A stretch of 64,000 nucleotides of DNA from Oopsacas minuta (lineage: Eukaryota > Animalia > Porifera), in assembly GCA_024704765.1 (NCBI GenBank), contig JAKMXF010000328.1:62001-126000 (forward strand), in the 5' to 3' direction. Shown piece by piece: positions 1 to 12,378 of the stretch; the stretch's first letter is position 1, and the number at the start of each line of letters is the position of its first letter. The position numbers and the translations under genes are program-made. Below the pieces are notes generated by a model. The model searched no databases and was not told where the DNA came from. It saw only the letters and a list, made by a program, of their open reading frames with translations.

Positions 1-1229
1 TAAAATTTCTCGGTAATATATTTGAAACAATTTCCTTCTTTATCTAATGCCCTTACAAACTGTTTCATCAATCCTAATTTTATATGAAGTGGTGGAAGCA
101 AAATCTTGAGAGGATCCACTAGAGGCTCGTGAATAATGGTCTTATCTCCAACATTAAGATTGGTTCTAGCTGGCCAGCTCTGTCTAGAATAGTGTTCGCT
201 CTTTGCACGACTGTCCCATAAGCATAAAAAACAAGGGTATTTTGTATATCCTGATTGCTGTCCCAAAAGAATGCATATGATCTTTAAGTCACCACAGATT
301 ACCCAATTGTGCTGGTGATAATTAATTTTATGAAGCACAATTTTCATGTTATCATATCGTTCCTTTAAACTTACTGAATGTCCAATTGGTATGGAACTAA
401 ATTTGTTGCCATTATGAAGTAGAACACATTTCAAACTTTGTTTTGAACTATCAATAAAGAGTCTCCAATCATTAGGTACATACGGACATCCAAGAGCATT
501 AACTAGCGGTGAAACATCATGACAAAACACAAATCCGTCTTCCATTATGAAATATTTCAAAAATTCGATCTCTCTGTTCCTATATGAGTAAAATTTTGTT
601 TCTGGGAGAAGCAAGTTTTTTTCTTTTAGCCTAGAACCTAACAACTCCGCAGATTCTTTAGGTAAATCTAAATCACGTACCAAATCATTTAATTCAGACT
701 GATTAAATAACTGTGGAGAATTAGAACGAGATAATACACACGGAATAAAATCCTCATCTTCTCTAATTAATGAATCTCTAGTTTCACAATCATCAATTTC
801 CGAGATAACATCCAAATTAGTAAATTTTGGAACAGGTACATCAATAGAATGGGGAACGGGTCGTATTGCTGAATGTAAATTTGGATACTTGATCAATGAC
901 TTGGTTTTAGCATTGAATCCGGAAATATTCGCCATACAAAAGTAACAATCGCTAATGTGATTTTGTGGCTCTCTCCATATCATTGGAATTCCAAAACTTA
1001 AACTCTTTCTGATTCCTTTTGTCCATTGTCTCAAATTTTCTACACAAGATCGGCACACTGTATGTGGAGCCCATGTTTTGTCTTGATCACCTAATCTCAT
1101 TCCAAAATATTCTAAATATGCTTTTTTAACAAATCCTGTTATTGCCATAGTTTGTTTAGAAGTCATAAAACTCCCACAAATATAACAAAAGACGTCTGGA
1201 TCATTACTGCACCTTCTCCGATAAGCCAT
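1..1229 (-). CDS. Chapaev3 transposase, N-terminal part (partial, appears open to the window edge)
   Basis: ATG at 1229; reads MAYRRRCSNDPDVFCYICG...AYLEYFGMRLGDQDKTWAPHTVCRSC...WREPQNHISDCYFC. It has the extra base that copy 2 lacks, so the N-terminal Cys motif is in frame. Confidence 0.8.
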   Translation of the reverse strand, partial: MAYRRRCSNDPDVFCYICGSFMTSKQTMAITGFVKKAYLEYFGMRLGDQDKTWAPHTVCRSCVENLRQWTKGIRKSLSFGIPMIWREPQNHISDCYFCMANISGFNAKTKSLIKYPNLHSAIRPVPHSIDVPVPKFTNLDVISEIDDCETRDSLIREDEDFIPCVLSRSNSPQLFNQSELNDLVRDLDLPKESAELLGSRLKEKNLLLPETKFYSYRNREIEFLKYFIMEDGFVFCHDVSPLVNALGCPYVPNDWRLFIDSSKQSLKCVLLHNGNKFSSIPIGHSVSLKERYDNMKIVLHKINYHQHNWVICGDLKIICILLGQQSGYTKYPCFLCLWDSRAKSEHYSRQSWPARTNLNVGDKTIIHEPLVDPLKILLPPLHIKLGLMKQFVRALDKEGNCFKYITEKF

Positions 1230-1575
1230 ATGATAATAAAATATCAAAATAGTAGACTATAGTACAATAAAGCTGTATATAACAAAAATAAAAATAAAAA
1301 AATTATGTAGAAAAGAATGGAGTTAAAGGGACTAATTAGAAAATGCAATAAAGCACGCATCTGTTTATTTCAAAAGACAAAAATTCACACATGTATCAAA
1401 TATAATCATTTATTCTAGGGAAGTGTTCTTAAAAAAATCGACTTACATTAAAATGACATTTGAGTAAAAACGAGACGTGATAGGGGAATTCTGATGACAG
1501 ATTGAGAATCAGCATACTCAAGTTAACTAAAAACAACCCATGGATAATAATCAGCAAATTTGACGCAGGGCAGTG
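1..1575 (-). mobile_element. Chapaev3-type (CMC) DNA transposon, copy 1, runs off the left edge
   Basis: Near-identical reverse complement of 13033-14606; 5' terminus CACTGCCCTGCGTCAAATTTGCTGATT ends at 1575, flanked by tta (TAA on minus). Confidence 0.85.
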
Positions 1576-1917
1576 TTATCAAACAAAATATGCTGAAAAA
1601 TTATTAGAAATGTGCCAAATATGCATCTATCAAAAATATTTGGTAAAAACAGCAATCCTTTGATGCATTGTAAGACGTTAAATATTGCATCTTTCGTTAC
1701 AAATTGGAAGTGAAGCGATCCTCAGTTGACTAAATCATCAAAAGTTGGACATGAATTATGAAAAATTAAAAGAATTACTTTTAGAATACCTATGTCACTA
1801 AAATATTTGCGTATATATAGTATCCACATGAGTAATTCAAAGAGTAGTTTTCAATAGAACCACTATTATTCAGATCAGTGGTTATAACTCGTATTTACGT
1901 AAAATTCAAAAGATATT

Positions 1918-1975
1918 GTGGGAAAATACGGGAAAAAATAAAAGAAGTGGGAAAATACGGGAAAAAATAAAAGAA
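1918..1975. repeat. 29-bp tandem duplication
   Basis: gtgggaaaatacgggaaaaaataaaagaa twice in tandem. Confidence 0.85.
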
Positions 1976-2199
1976 GTGGAAAAAACTCATTCTAAACAAC
2001 AAGGATTATGAATAATTCATTAATTCAAAAATTAGCTAAAGTAGAAAAGATACACATATGTTTATATAAAAGAACAATATCCCCCAAGCATATCATGGAA
2101 TCTTTACCATATATGTGTGTATTTGAGATTAAGTAACCTACTTAAATTTGTAAGAATTATCTTATCAAAATGCGTTAACAGGGTAACTATAATAGTAAA

Positions 2200-2360
2200 A
2201 CGCAATTAATCTATAGTAGCGCGGTTCCCGTGCTAAGTCATTTCCGATAGTTTGGGTCGTTATGCGACCGGTAATATACTCGGCACTACGTGCCTCGAAG
2301 AAAATATTTTGCAGAAATTATGATTGTAGATTTGCCTAGCAAACGAAGTGCGCTAGTATT
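2200..2360. repeat. Dispersed short repeat, related to 47115-47290
   Basis: Shared acgcaattaatctata(g/c)tagcgc start and atactc(g/a)gcact..gtgcctc; cgaagtgcgctagta near 2344 is the reverse complement of tactagcgcacttcg near 47129. Confidence 0.5.
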
Positions 2361-3740
2361 TTACTGATTGGCTACACTGGTTTGAGATAATCTCCACCAT
2401 TTAAATTGGATATCAATAAAAGGTGTCATCTAAGCTATGCCCTCTAATATAATTCAAGAATGAGTCAAGCTTCCAATTATATTTTAACAATTTGGATAAA
2501 AATATGTATAGTATGCCGGATCGAGAAAGGTATAAATCGTCAGTTTAACTTCTCCTTAAGGGAAAAGTTGCCCTTACTCCTTGCTAGGAAAATGCGAAAC
2601 ATATATTTGAAAATATTTCGAGTTGACCTTTGCGGTTATATATTTTTGTTGTGGCACTTTCGCAAAATTGAACTTAAATTGTCCGAATTTTCTAATTCCT
2701 TTGAGTTTACCCCTTTAGATATATTACTTGTAAATAGTAAGTCGCATATTTGCTATCGAATGGTGTATCAGGCTAATTTCTATGTCCAAGGATACTCAAG
2801 TTATCAAGATACTTTTTGCATATTCTCATACCCTAATAATATTACCCACCCCCCTTTTGTTCCGAAGATTTGAGAATGCATAATTCTTACAAAAAATAGC
2901 TATATACTCACCAAACTTAGTATAATTCTGTATCTATATCCAAATTCATTAATAGATTACAACAAAGAAATTTACCAACTTTCCTTAGCTCTTGCTCTTA
3001 ACTTAGTTACCATTTATCTAGCATGGAATTTATGGTCAATTATTGTATCTAAATATATACTCGATCAATTGATTCATATTATAGAGTGATTATATCCCTA
3101 CAATTTATGTATTTTTTAATATGGCAGAATACACGCTAAGTATTGTAGTATTTCATCCTGTTTTTGGTTATCCTGGACCCATTCCTGAAAATCTACTCCC
3201 AACAAAACTAAATCTATACAATCATTATAGTATGCTTGGAAATGAAGATTCTAATTCAACTAGAGACGATATAACCAATGAATTAACTGAAGTATTACTC
3301 GTATCTATAATTTGTCTTCCATACCCATAAAATCAGAGCTCAAAATTTACAGTACATCATTTTTGATATGATCGAGAGAGTAAAACATTTTGCTTCTTGA
3401 ATTAGGCATTTGTAACTTGAGACGTTGAACAAGACATTGAACTCGGAACTTATAGGGTGGATACAGTCAGGTCGTTGCTTGTTTTGGATACTTTTCTATA
3501 GTATTTGCTCTCCCAATAATATCAGAAATGATGTACTGTAAATTTTGAGCTCTGATTTTGTGGGTATGGAAGACAAATTATAGATACGCAGTAATACTTC
3601 AGTTAATTCATTGGTTATATCGTCTCTAGTTGAATTAGAATCTTCATTTCCAAGCATACTATAATGATTGTATAGATTTAGTTTTGTTGGGAGTAGATTT
3701 TCAGGAATGGGTCCAGGATAACCAAAAACAGGATGAAATA

Positions 3741-6700
3741 CACAGTGTGCCAAAATTGCCATAATGGCGTATTAGGGTAACCATTACAACTAGACATGTT
3801 TTATATGGTCTATATAGTAACTCGACACCGTAAATTTCAAAAATTTCATTTAAATTTTCCGTAGTATTACCACTATTGGGAATATGACGTCATTTCGGTG
3901 ATTTCATTATTTGTAACATTCATGGTTCAATAATATTATTTGTAATTTCTATTATTGAATTAATGGTATAAAGTCAAGCTTCCTATTAGAAAGATTATAG
4001 CATATATAATAAGCTATTATATAATAATGAACCAGGGGTGTAGTTTTTCCCTTTACTACATATTGAGGGGATTATACCTTGTGGAAAAACTGTTACTAAA
4101 TATATAAACTCAATCTCTAATATTCTTTAATTAATTATTATTCTCCAACACTATGCTATTATATAAGATATCTTGGGGGCTATTTGGGTCATTTGCACTA
4201 GAATTCCTCGTTTTGGTGGATGTAAAACGATTCTGCACTAATAGGGGATCACTACAACACAGAAGGCGAACTAGAATATCTCGTACATTGTCAGAGAATG
4301 ATGTTTTTCTGGCAAGATTTTCCCGATACCGCCTCACGAACTTATTACAAGCTTCTAAACATTCTTCTGATAGATTCTGTAATCCCCTGCCATTATTATA
4401 TTCTCCAATAATCTTGAAAGAATGGGAAAGTAGCTTGTGTAAAGAGGGGGGGTGACGTTCGCCCATGGAAACTGAACTAAGATGTATTCATACGTTTCTT
4501 TACACAATTCTTCCATTTTGCTACAATTAATTAAGTTACCGCTGTTCACAAGTCGTAACACCACAGATAGATTAGTCTGGATCTTCTCTAATAAGAGTTT
4601 ATCAGATGGATTAATCGAGGAAGTCGCCCATTTTTAAAAGTCTCGCTTATCCAAAAAGCAATCACGTACGATGTCCCCAGTAGTTGATGTAGCGCCCTGA
4701 CTTGAAGGAATATCCACACTGAAACTACACTTCTCTAGAAGAATTGCTCGAATCCGCCTCATAGATGCATTTACTTTGTCATTAGATGGTGACCATACCT
4801 TGTGACCCGCATCAAGATGGTATATTAATAACATATACCACCGGAATACACATAGGTAGGCATGGAAAGGGGATGCAGCAATTATATTGATGTCAGATGT
4901 GGGTTTGTGAGTTATGCCCAAGCGTTGTTTGGATGGGAGTTTGAGGAAGTGATCCTCATTAACATCATCAAAGAGTTGCCAGGCATCGCTAATTAACCTG
5001 TTTATGGGGAATCCAGAACGAACCCAGTCAATGCTTTTGATTTCTTCGTCAGATGCAGTACATAGATGACGAGAAGCTCCTCCAGCACCATCTAACAGTC
5101 CAGCCATTTTTGGTGTCAAAGAGAGAACGGACAATATCAACTTGTACATGTCCTCCTGTTAGGAATAATCCGTTCACCAATATTCGGTCGGTTTGGGGAT
5201 TGACAATTTTATCCATGATAAAATGAACATTATTATAATCCTCTTTCAATGCCATCAACGCAACCGGTCTGAAACAAAAGGGGGAGTTAGGAGAATGGTT
5301 GTAGAAGACATCGTTTCCAAGTGTATCTGCTATTGATAATATTTTGAATCCAAATAAGATGAAACATTTAGTACTAAAGACAGGGTTATTATTTTGTTGG
5401 TTATAGGTGCGATGAGACCCGGAACCATCTAATCCATCTGATATCTTAACTGTGAGTGGATATTGTGAAATAGAAATTGGCACTAAGGTTGAAATCAAGC
5501 GTTCGACTGTAAGCTTTAGTATCGAATGATAGGAGATACAAGTTCCAATTGAGAAACCTTCAGGATCATGGACTATCTCAATCTCATCAATCAAAGTTAT
5601 TTCTCTACGATATCTGGAGACAAGCTCATAGGATGGTAATTTTACTTGACATTTGAGGACTTTTTTTTAATTTTTATATTTGCTCGCTCCAATCTCTAAA
5701 CAGTCCAACAGAAAGGCAGATTTATCGATTGGCGCTTTGTGCAAGATTCCATTAAAAGAACCCTTGTTGATGATCTCCTTACACACTTGTGAAGTATCTC
5801 GATCGTAAGAATTGTTAGATATTAATCCTAAAGCCAGAGCAGCTAGTTGTTTAGGCTCGACATTTTCTCTTTCAGCTAAGAAATGAATATGGTCTAAAAG
5901 AATGCTCAGTCTAGAAGGGAAGTTTGAAGATTGCAATCAAGTAAATGCTTTCTGGAATCATGGACAATTTCTTCAGAGAAATTTCGACTTTCAGAAATAG
6001 AAACTTTACGAAAAGGTTCTAATCCAGGATCGAGTGAAATTCTCTTCTTTCTCGGAATGGAAATAGATAGAGGTGCAGTATATGAATGGAAGGTCAAATT
6101 CTCCCAGGTCTCAAGATCACTCTTCTTCCGGTAATACTCTCTGGATGATTTAAGGGACTTGAACTTATATAGAATAGTATCATGTTCTTCCTGTGAAATA
6201 TTATTATCATCAATAAGATACTGCGTAGTGGCTTTAGGGCTTTTCCCCATTGAAATATAGCTAACATATGCTTCTTTGTTGATTACAACAGAGGCCATTA
6301 CTTCACTAGGAGCTATTATTAGACAGAAAAAGATCAAAATTATTTCGTGCATCATCTAAATTTGCATGAGGGCAAGAATATATAGAATTTACTTGAATTT
6401 CAAAAAAATCCTAAAAATACACTTTTCCGATTTTTTGTCTGGTCCAAGCATTGATGTACTCAAAAATATATTCGTGCACCCCGGTGCACGTCTGAAAATT
6501 GGTGTATAATTTCAAAAAAGTAAGCACTATAAGCGATTAACAATAAATTATCGTCCTCTTTTGTCACCTGATAGATGCAGCACTCCAAACACTATATTAA
6601 AACTAAAATATTTCACTCCAGGCCTTTAAAACTAGACAGCCAACAAAATTTTTTGGAAACAATGATACTTGTAATAATTGCATAAACTGATCTAATATAA

Positions 6701-6970
6701 GAAATACGTCAAATTGATGATTAACTACAAACGTTATACAGTATATATTTGGAAGAAAATCGTTGCTAAGGTAGTTAGGTATTTACTCTTGAGGTTAGCT
6801 ATTCAAAATAATCTAAAATATGCTTACTTTAGCTCGCTGTAATCGAAATTCCTATGGGTCATACATACAGTCGTCAATATTTTCCTACTAATTCGACGAT
6901 GGAGATTCATAAAAACGTAGTTAAATTCGTAATTGAAATTTTGCCTAATACGCCATATCGGCACACTGTG
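3741..6970 (-). mobile_element. RAG1-like (Transib/RAG1L-type) transposon A, complete, 3230 bp
   Basis: CACAGTG at 3741 and CACTGTG at 6964-6970; 5-bp TSD AAATA (3736-3740, 6971-6975); bipartite TIRs sharing ATGGCGTATTAGG; empty site visible in the sister foldback arm (3149-3153). Confidence 0.93.
4131..6298 (-). pseudogene. RAG1-core-like DDE transposase, frameshifted (element A)
   Basis: ORF pieces 5906-6355, 5667-5936, 5049-5594, 4634-5149, 4355-4564, 4131-4466 join into a RAG1-like core: RKHLLD (NBD-like), DGLDGSGSH (D600-like), LFDTK (D708-like), HKLLSH, SEECLEACNKFVRRYR (E962-like), SDP. Confidence 0.88.
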
Positions 6971-7626
6971 AAATACTACAATACTTAGCGTGTATTCTGC
7001 CATATTAAAAAATACATAAATTGTAGGGATATAATCACTCTATAATATGAATCAATTGATCGAGTATATATTTAGATACAATAATTGACCATAAATTCCA
7101 TGCTAGATAAATGGTAACTAAGTTAAGAGCAAGAGCTAAGGAAAGTTGGTAAATTTCTTTGTTGTAATCTATTAATGAATTTGGATATAGATACAGAATT
7201 ATACTAAGTTTGGTGAGTATATAGCTATTTTTTGTAAGAATTATGCATTCTCAAATCTTCGGAACAAAAGGGGGGTGGGTAATATTATTAGGGTATGAGA
7301 ATATGCAAAAAGTATCTTGATAACTTGAGTATCCTTGGACATAGAAATTAGCCTGATACACCATTCGATAGCAAATATGCGACTTACTATTTACAAGTAA
7401 TATATCTAAAGGGGTAAACTCAAAGGAATTAGAAAATTCGGACAATTTAAGTTCAATTTTGCGAAAGTGCCACAACAAAAATATATAACCGCAAAGGTCA
7501 ACTCGAAATATTTTCAAATATATGTTTCGCATTTCCTAGCAAAGAGTAAAGGCAACTTTCCCTCAAATAGAAGTTTAACAAACGATGTGTACTTTTCTCG
7601 ATCCGACCTAATGTATAGATCATTTC

Positions 7627-8303
7627 CAGGGGCGTCGCAGGGTGTTAATTCATGGGGGGGTAGAATTATGATAATGCTTGAGTAATAACACTCTAATTAG
7701 TGGTCTAGATAGCCTAAATTAGAGCTTTGTCAATCTCACAAACTTCCTTTCACGGTACTCAGCATTAATGAACGTTCTTGTCATCTTCATGCTGTCTATC
7801 TCAGCAGATATCTCTTTTTCGATTGCCAGTATCGATAGTTATGTCAATCTTGATTGAGTCATAGTGGATTTAAGCCATGTTTTAAGTTGGCGAAGTACGC
7901 TAAAGCTTCGTTCTGCACTGGCTCCGTAGACTCCCACCACCAGCAAAACGGTTACTAACCGTGTAACATCAGGCTGGATGTGTGAGATTTCTGTTGAATA
8001 TACTTCACAACTGGCAACAACATTATAATATAAAAATAACTATAAACAAACTATGAAGGGGGAGATACTATCCTCAAGGGGATCACACCCCCATCGTAGT
8101 TGGGTTATAATTATTTTCAAACAAGTATCGAGAATGCCGAACCGGGGTACACGATTGTACAGTATAACCCTCCTAAATTGGCAGAATGTTCTAATAAACT
8201 CGAAAATAATTTAATACTCACTCACAATCATAGGGGGATTATTCCCCTCTGTCTAAATCATGGGGGGATGAGAACCCCATTCCCACCACTAGCAACGCCC
8301 CTG
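7627..8303 (-). mobile_element. Internally deleted hAT element
   Basis: TIR CAGGGGCGT(C/T)GC; 8-bp TSD ATCATTTC (7619-7626, 8304-8311); minus strand carries a hATC dimerization remnant ASAERSFSVLRQLKTWLKSTMTQSRL. Confidence 0.85.
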
Positions 8304-8499
8304 ATCATTTCATACATTGACCTTGAGATGATGCAATTTAACGTTCTACAATGCATCAAAGGATGGCATTTCCCAAATAAAATAATAAAAGTTTACAAGA
8401 CATATATTTTGGCAGATTTCTGAAGTATTGTAGCATATTATTCAAAGCATCCAAAAAGTTCCCATCGTTGTCAAATATCTTGACACTACAGCTACTTAC

Positions 8500-9560
8500 T
8501 AATCAAAATTTCGAATTATAATGTTCGAAATACTCGCCCTATATCTATGCATAGTTGTAGCCTTCAACCCACTTCGAAAATGCTTTATATACTCGTCTCA
8601 GTCCACTGAATTGAGATAGTGGTAAACCCCGTTTCCTAGCTCTTGTCGGGTATGAAATAGCCGTCCGCCGAGATGTTTTTGCAGCTCAGGAAATAACCAG
8701 AAATAACAAGGTGTGAATCTGAGGAATAAGGAGGATGTTCCAACGTTTCTAATTCGATATCTTCAATGATTACCCTAACGTATGTTGAAACATGAGGTCT
8801 GGAATTATCATGGAGAAATTTGATTCCTCGAGTTTCTGTAGGCGAACGTCGTGTTCTATAGACTTACTCGAATTCTCTCAGGCATTAATCTTCGGAAAAT
8901 GCTCCATTGAATCGTTCTCCTTTAGGCATAGGGCATTTGAACGACTGGTCCATACGCATCAAAAAATATGCTGTAGAGAACCCTATCGTCTCCGAAGTCT
9001 GGACGTGCCTTTTGGGGGGGAAAAAACTTTTGAAGCCACGATTTGCTTTTTTCCTTACGTAGAGCTTCAGAAATTTTAATCCAAGTTTCGTTAACATTAA
9101 AAATTTCATATAATCTTCAAGAATCACACTCTTTATATTATTTAAGCAATTTTTCTAGTTTTGCCCCTTTTTGAGGTTTTTGTATCCATCGCGCTGAAAT
9201 CTTTCGATCCTCGAGAAACTGTGTAGAATTGTATGAACACTTTCTGATGAGATGTCCAAGATTAGGGCAATCTCTTCAAGCTCAAATGGGGGTCAATATC
9301 CAATAGTTCCAGAAATTGAGAGGCAATTTCATGGGATGGTAGCGGAAATTGGTCTTCCTTTCGGAGGGTCATCTTCAATGCTACCCCTACCAGCCTTAAA
9401 TTTACGTGCCCATTCCTTTACAGTAGGATACGCTAGAGCTTCCCCATGCTAAACGGTGACGAGATCCTCATGTATCTGGTGTGGTTTGTTGCCGAGTACG
9501 GTGCGAATCTTTATGTAAGCTCGTTGTTAGGTCTTGCTTGGTATGTGTTTTAAAGCCATG
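8500..9560 (-). pseudogene. mariner-type transposase remnant
   Basis: Manual translation: RAYIKIRTVLG...YPTVKEWARKFKAGRGSIEDDPPKGRP (HTH), DETW, FWLFPELQKHLGGRLF; many stops; TIRs not resolved; ends approximate. Confidence 0.7.
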
Positions 9561-10399
9561 AAAAGTTGACTCTCGAAAATAGGCAAAATTGAAAGAAGGA
9601 TAGATTCAGATATATAATAGCTGGAGTGAATTGTTCAACAGAATTAATTAGGAAATCGAAAGGACTATAGGGTATAATATGCATTTCACATAACCGGGTA
9701 GATTTTGGCTGCTATAAACTAAGGATGCACACTTTTTGAATGCCCAAGTATGTTTGATAACTTGCTGTTCTACAAATATGCCATACATGTATTCGAGCCA
9801 AAACGCATAGATTTTGTAATATAACAGTCACCTTTTGTATATTACTCGGCCTGGCAATACATCCCTGGTCAATATTCCTGAACATGTGTCATGGCTTTAT
9901 GTTACCCAGGTTATGCTACATTGTATTTGATGATGTTTCCAAATAATTGTGTATGTAATAAACATCTTAGCTTGAGATCGCCTGAGGGCACAATTTGGCC
10001 GGGGCCGTTGCTCGGGCCCCGGTCGATACCTAGTTCCTCAAGTACAACCTAGATGTTGGATTTCGCTCATTCAAATTACTACAACCACCCCCTGACGTAG
10101 TTCTTCCTATCAATATGTCGAGGAAATTGATGATGATAGTAGATGGATTATAGAGATATGTATATATTTTAGATTTAGTATCTCGCATATGCATTTATTG
10201 TTCCAAACCTACGATGTTTTGCTTTTGAAATCACTCTTAGCATAAATTTCATTAAACACTGGCACTGGCCAAGGACAGGGTTCTCAACTTTTGTCGGGCT
10301 GAGGCCCCTATTGATCCCTAATCTCAGCCAACAATCATGCATAATGCCTCAAGCTCATATAAAGTATAACTCAGATAAAAATTGTTTTTAATTACAGCT

Positions 10400-11330
10400 T
10401 TTATTCTGTTTGGCAAAGCTCCAACCGCGGCACGTAAGACCTCTTGGGGAATTTTCTGTCATTTTGCTAGCAAAGATCTCTTCAAAGGCTCAATAGTTTG
10501 TGAGATTAACTACAGGATTTGTTTCGAGAATGGACCATACAAAATAAACCATGGGGTTTAGATCTGGTCTGTAAGGAGGCTACTGTTCTTTACTGATAAA
10601 CCCCGGGATATTGCTGTGAAGCCAATATTGAGTGGCATTTGAGGTATGGGCAGGGCTCCATCTTGTTGGAAGACGAACGAACTTCGATTGAACACTGTGT
10701 GCCCTAGATACTTCACAACCAGTTCTAAAATCAACTCTCGGTATGTAGAAACATTGATTTTAACTCCATTGGGGACAAAAACCAGAGGTGTACCCCAACA
10801 AGCGGATATTCCAGCCCAAGCGATCACTGACAGAGGTTTGTGCATCCGAGGGACATATCTGAGCATTTCTTTATTCCTACATGTAGTGGATGATATTATC
10901 CTGTCATTTTGACTATTAGAAACCTCGTGGATTGTGAACATTTTCTCATCTGAAAACAGGATATTTTCCAGACCACAAGTAGCGTGTCGACCAAGCTCCC
11001 CTTTACATATCAGTAATCTCTTCTCTTTAACCTGTTCGCTAAGGTAATGAACATACTTTCTCTCGTAACATCGCAACCCTAAGGGGTGAGTAAGGTCTAG
11101 AGACTTGCGATAAGTTCTAGTTGATCGATCTCTGAAATTTTAAGAGGATTTTGGAACATTGTCTAGTATCCAATTATGCAATAATATTAAATAACTAAAT
11201 ATTGGAATAATTCTTGAAATTCTAAACTGGTAAACTTTCAAAATATATTAACAAAAGTTGAGCAAAGATACTTCTGTAATGGATACAGATATTTGTTTGA
11301 AATTGCCTAGTAAGAAAAGTAAGTTAATTA
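10400..11330 (-). pseudogene. Tc1/mariner (maT-like) transposase remnant
   Basis: ORF 10558-11076 with ILFSDEKMF, NSQNDR, FQQDG; similar to the element at 51908-53221; no TIRs found; ends approximate. Confidence 0.7.
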
Positions 11331-11871
11331 GAATTTCGATTTTAGCAAGGAGCAGCCATTTTCATCACTCTACCTAGTCTATCAATTTTCTCCGGATAAA
11401 ACATTCTGAAATTTCAATAATTCTAAAGTTTCATCATATATTGCATATCCTTTCAACTTATTTTTCTCAAGTGTGTGAGTTCTCCCCCAAACCGTTGAGC
11501 ATTTGAATATCCCATATATATTGACGAAATTACCCTATATTGGTCTATAAATAATCTACTTCTGAGATAACATCCCCCAAAGGCAGAAAATACTTCAAAC
11601 ATTGATTATATGGTAATTAATATTAATAATAATAAAATAATTAACAACTAACAACTATGATAATGAATATATGAACACAATACAAAGATATATAATGAGA
11701 GGTAATTATGATGAATTTATAGTAGTAAACATAGAACAAGGACCTATCTAAATACGAGTAGATTGTGAACAAGTAATAGAAGTAAATTAGAATTAGTTAG
11801 CTCAGGAGAAATTGAATAATAGTAATGAGGCGTCAATAGTGTTTTAGAGAAAATATCAATAAAATAAATTC

Positions 11872-12075
11872 AAAAAATACAAAATTGCAACCTGTGCCAA
11901 CAGCTTAGTCTATTAAATTCAATTTGTTTAAAAAGCGGGACTATTATTGGAGGCACTATGAAAGGTTAGGTTTAATCCCAATGCTCATAGTGCCTCCAGT
12001 TGATAATGCCACTTATTAAACAAATTGAATTTAATAGACTATGCTGTCGGCAAGGGTTACAATTTTGTATTTTTT
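11872..12075. repeat. ~200-bp hairpin MITE with nested inverted repeats
   Basis: aaaaatacaaaattgcaacctgtgccaacagcttagtctattaaattcaatttgttt mirrored at the right end; inner IR ggaggcactatga / tcatagtgcctcc; half copy at ~15598-15668. Confidence 0.75.
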
Positions 12076-12378
12076 CCTCGCTCCGCTCGGATCTAAAATC
12101 CACCAAACAATATATTTACAAATGAATATGATCATCCAACCTATATAATGTTCAATTTCTTTGCAGTAATTATCAGTTGACTAAATAATATTAATAGAAG
12201 GGAATACTGGAGATTTCATCGGTACAAATTCAAAAGAATCAAATTCTCAATCAACGTATTGAATTACCCCCTTTGCTGTATACAACAATCTTCTACGATT
12301 ATTCAAAGGTTATATAATCAGGCAAATACATGTCTTGTAAAGTATACATGGTAAATTTGAAAAACATTATGATCATAA

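Larger units (their letters stand above)
2512..7610. mobile_element. Foldback-type non-autonomous element with ~870-bp inverted arms, interrupted by RAG1-like element A
   Basis: 8-bp TSD ATGTATAG (2504-2511, 7611-7618); termini tatgccggatcgagaaagg / rc taggtcggatcgagaaaag; left arm ~2512-3385 mirrors 3500-3740 + 6976-7610; mirrored ORFs in the track (2460+ vs 7251-, 3121+ vs 3496-). Confidence 0.85.

Noticed and set aside
2460-3762. ORFs 2460-2873, 3121-3330, 3496-3762 and 7251-7532 as genes
   Set aside because: They are mirror translations of non-coding foldback arms with no recognisable domain.
3741-6970. A host RAG1 gene or V(D)J-like locus
   Set aside because: The heptamers face inward as transposon ends with TSDs; there is no A-rich nonamer, no RAG2 and no V/J segments. 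These are transposons.
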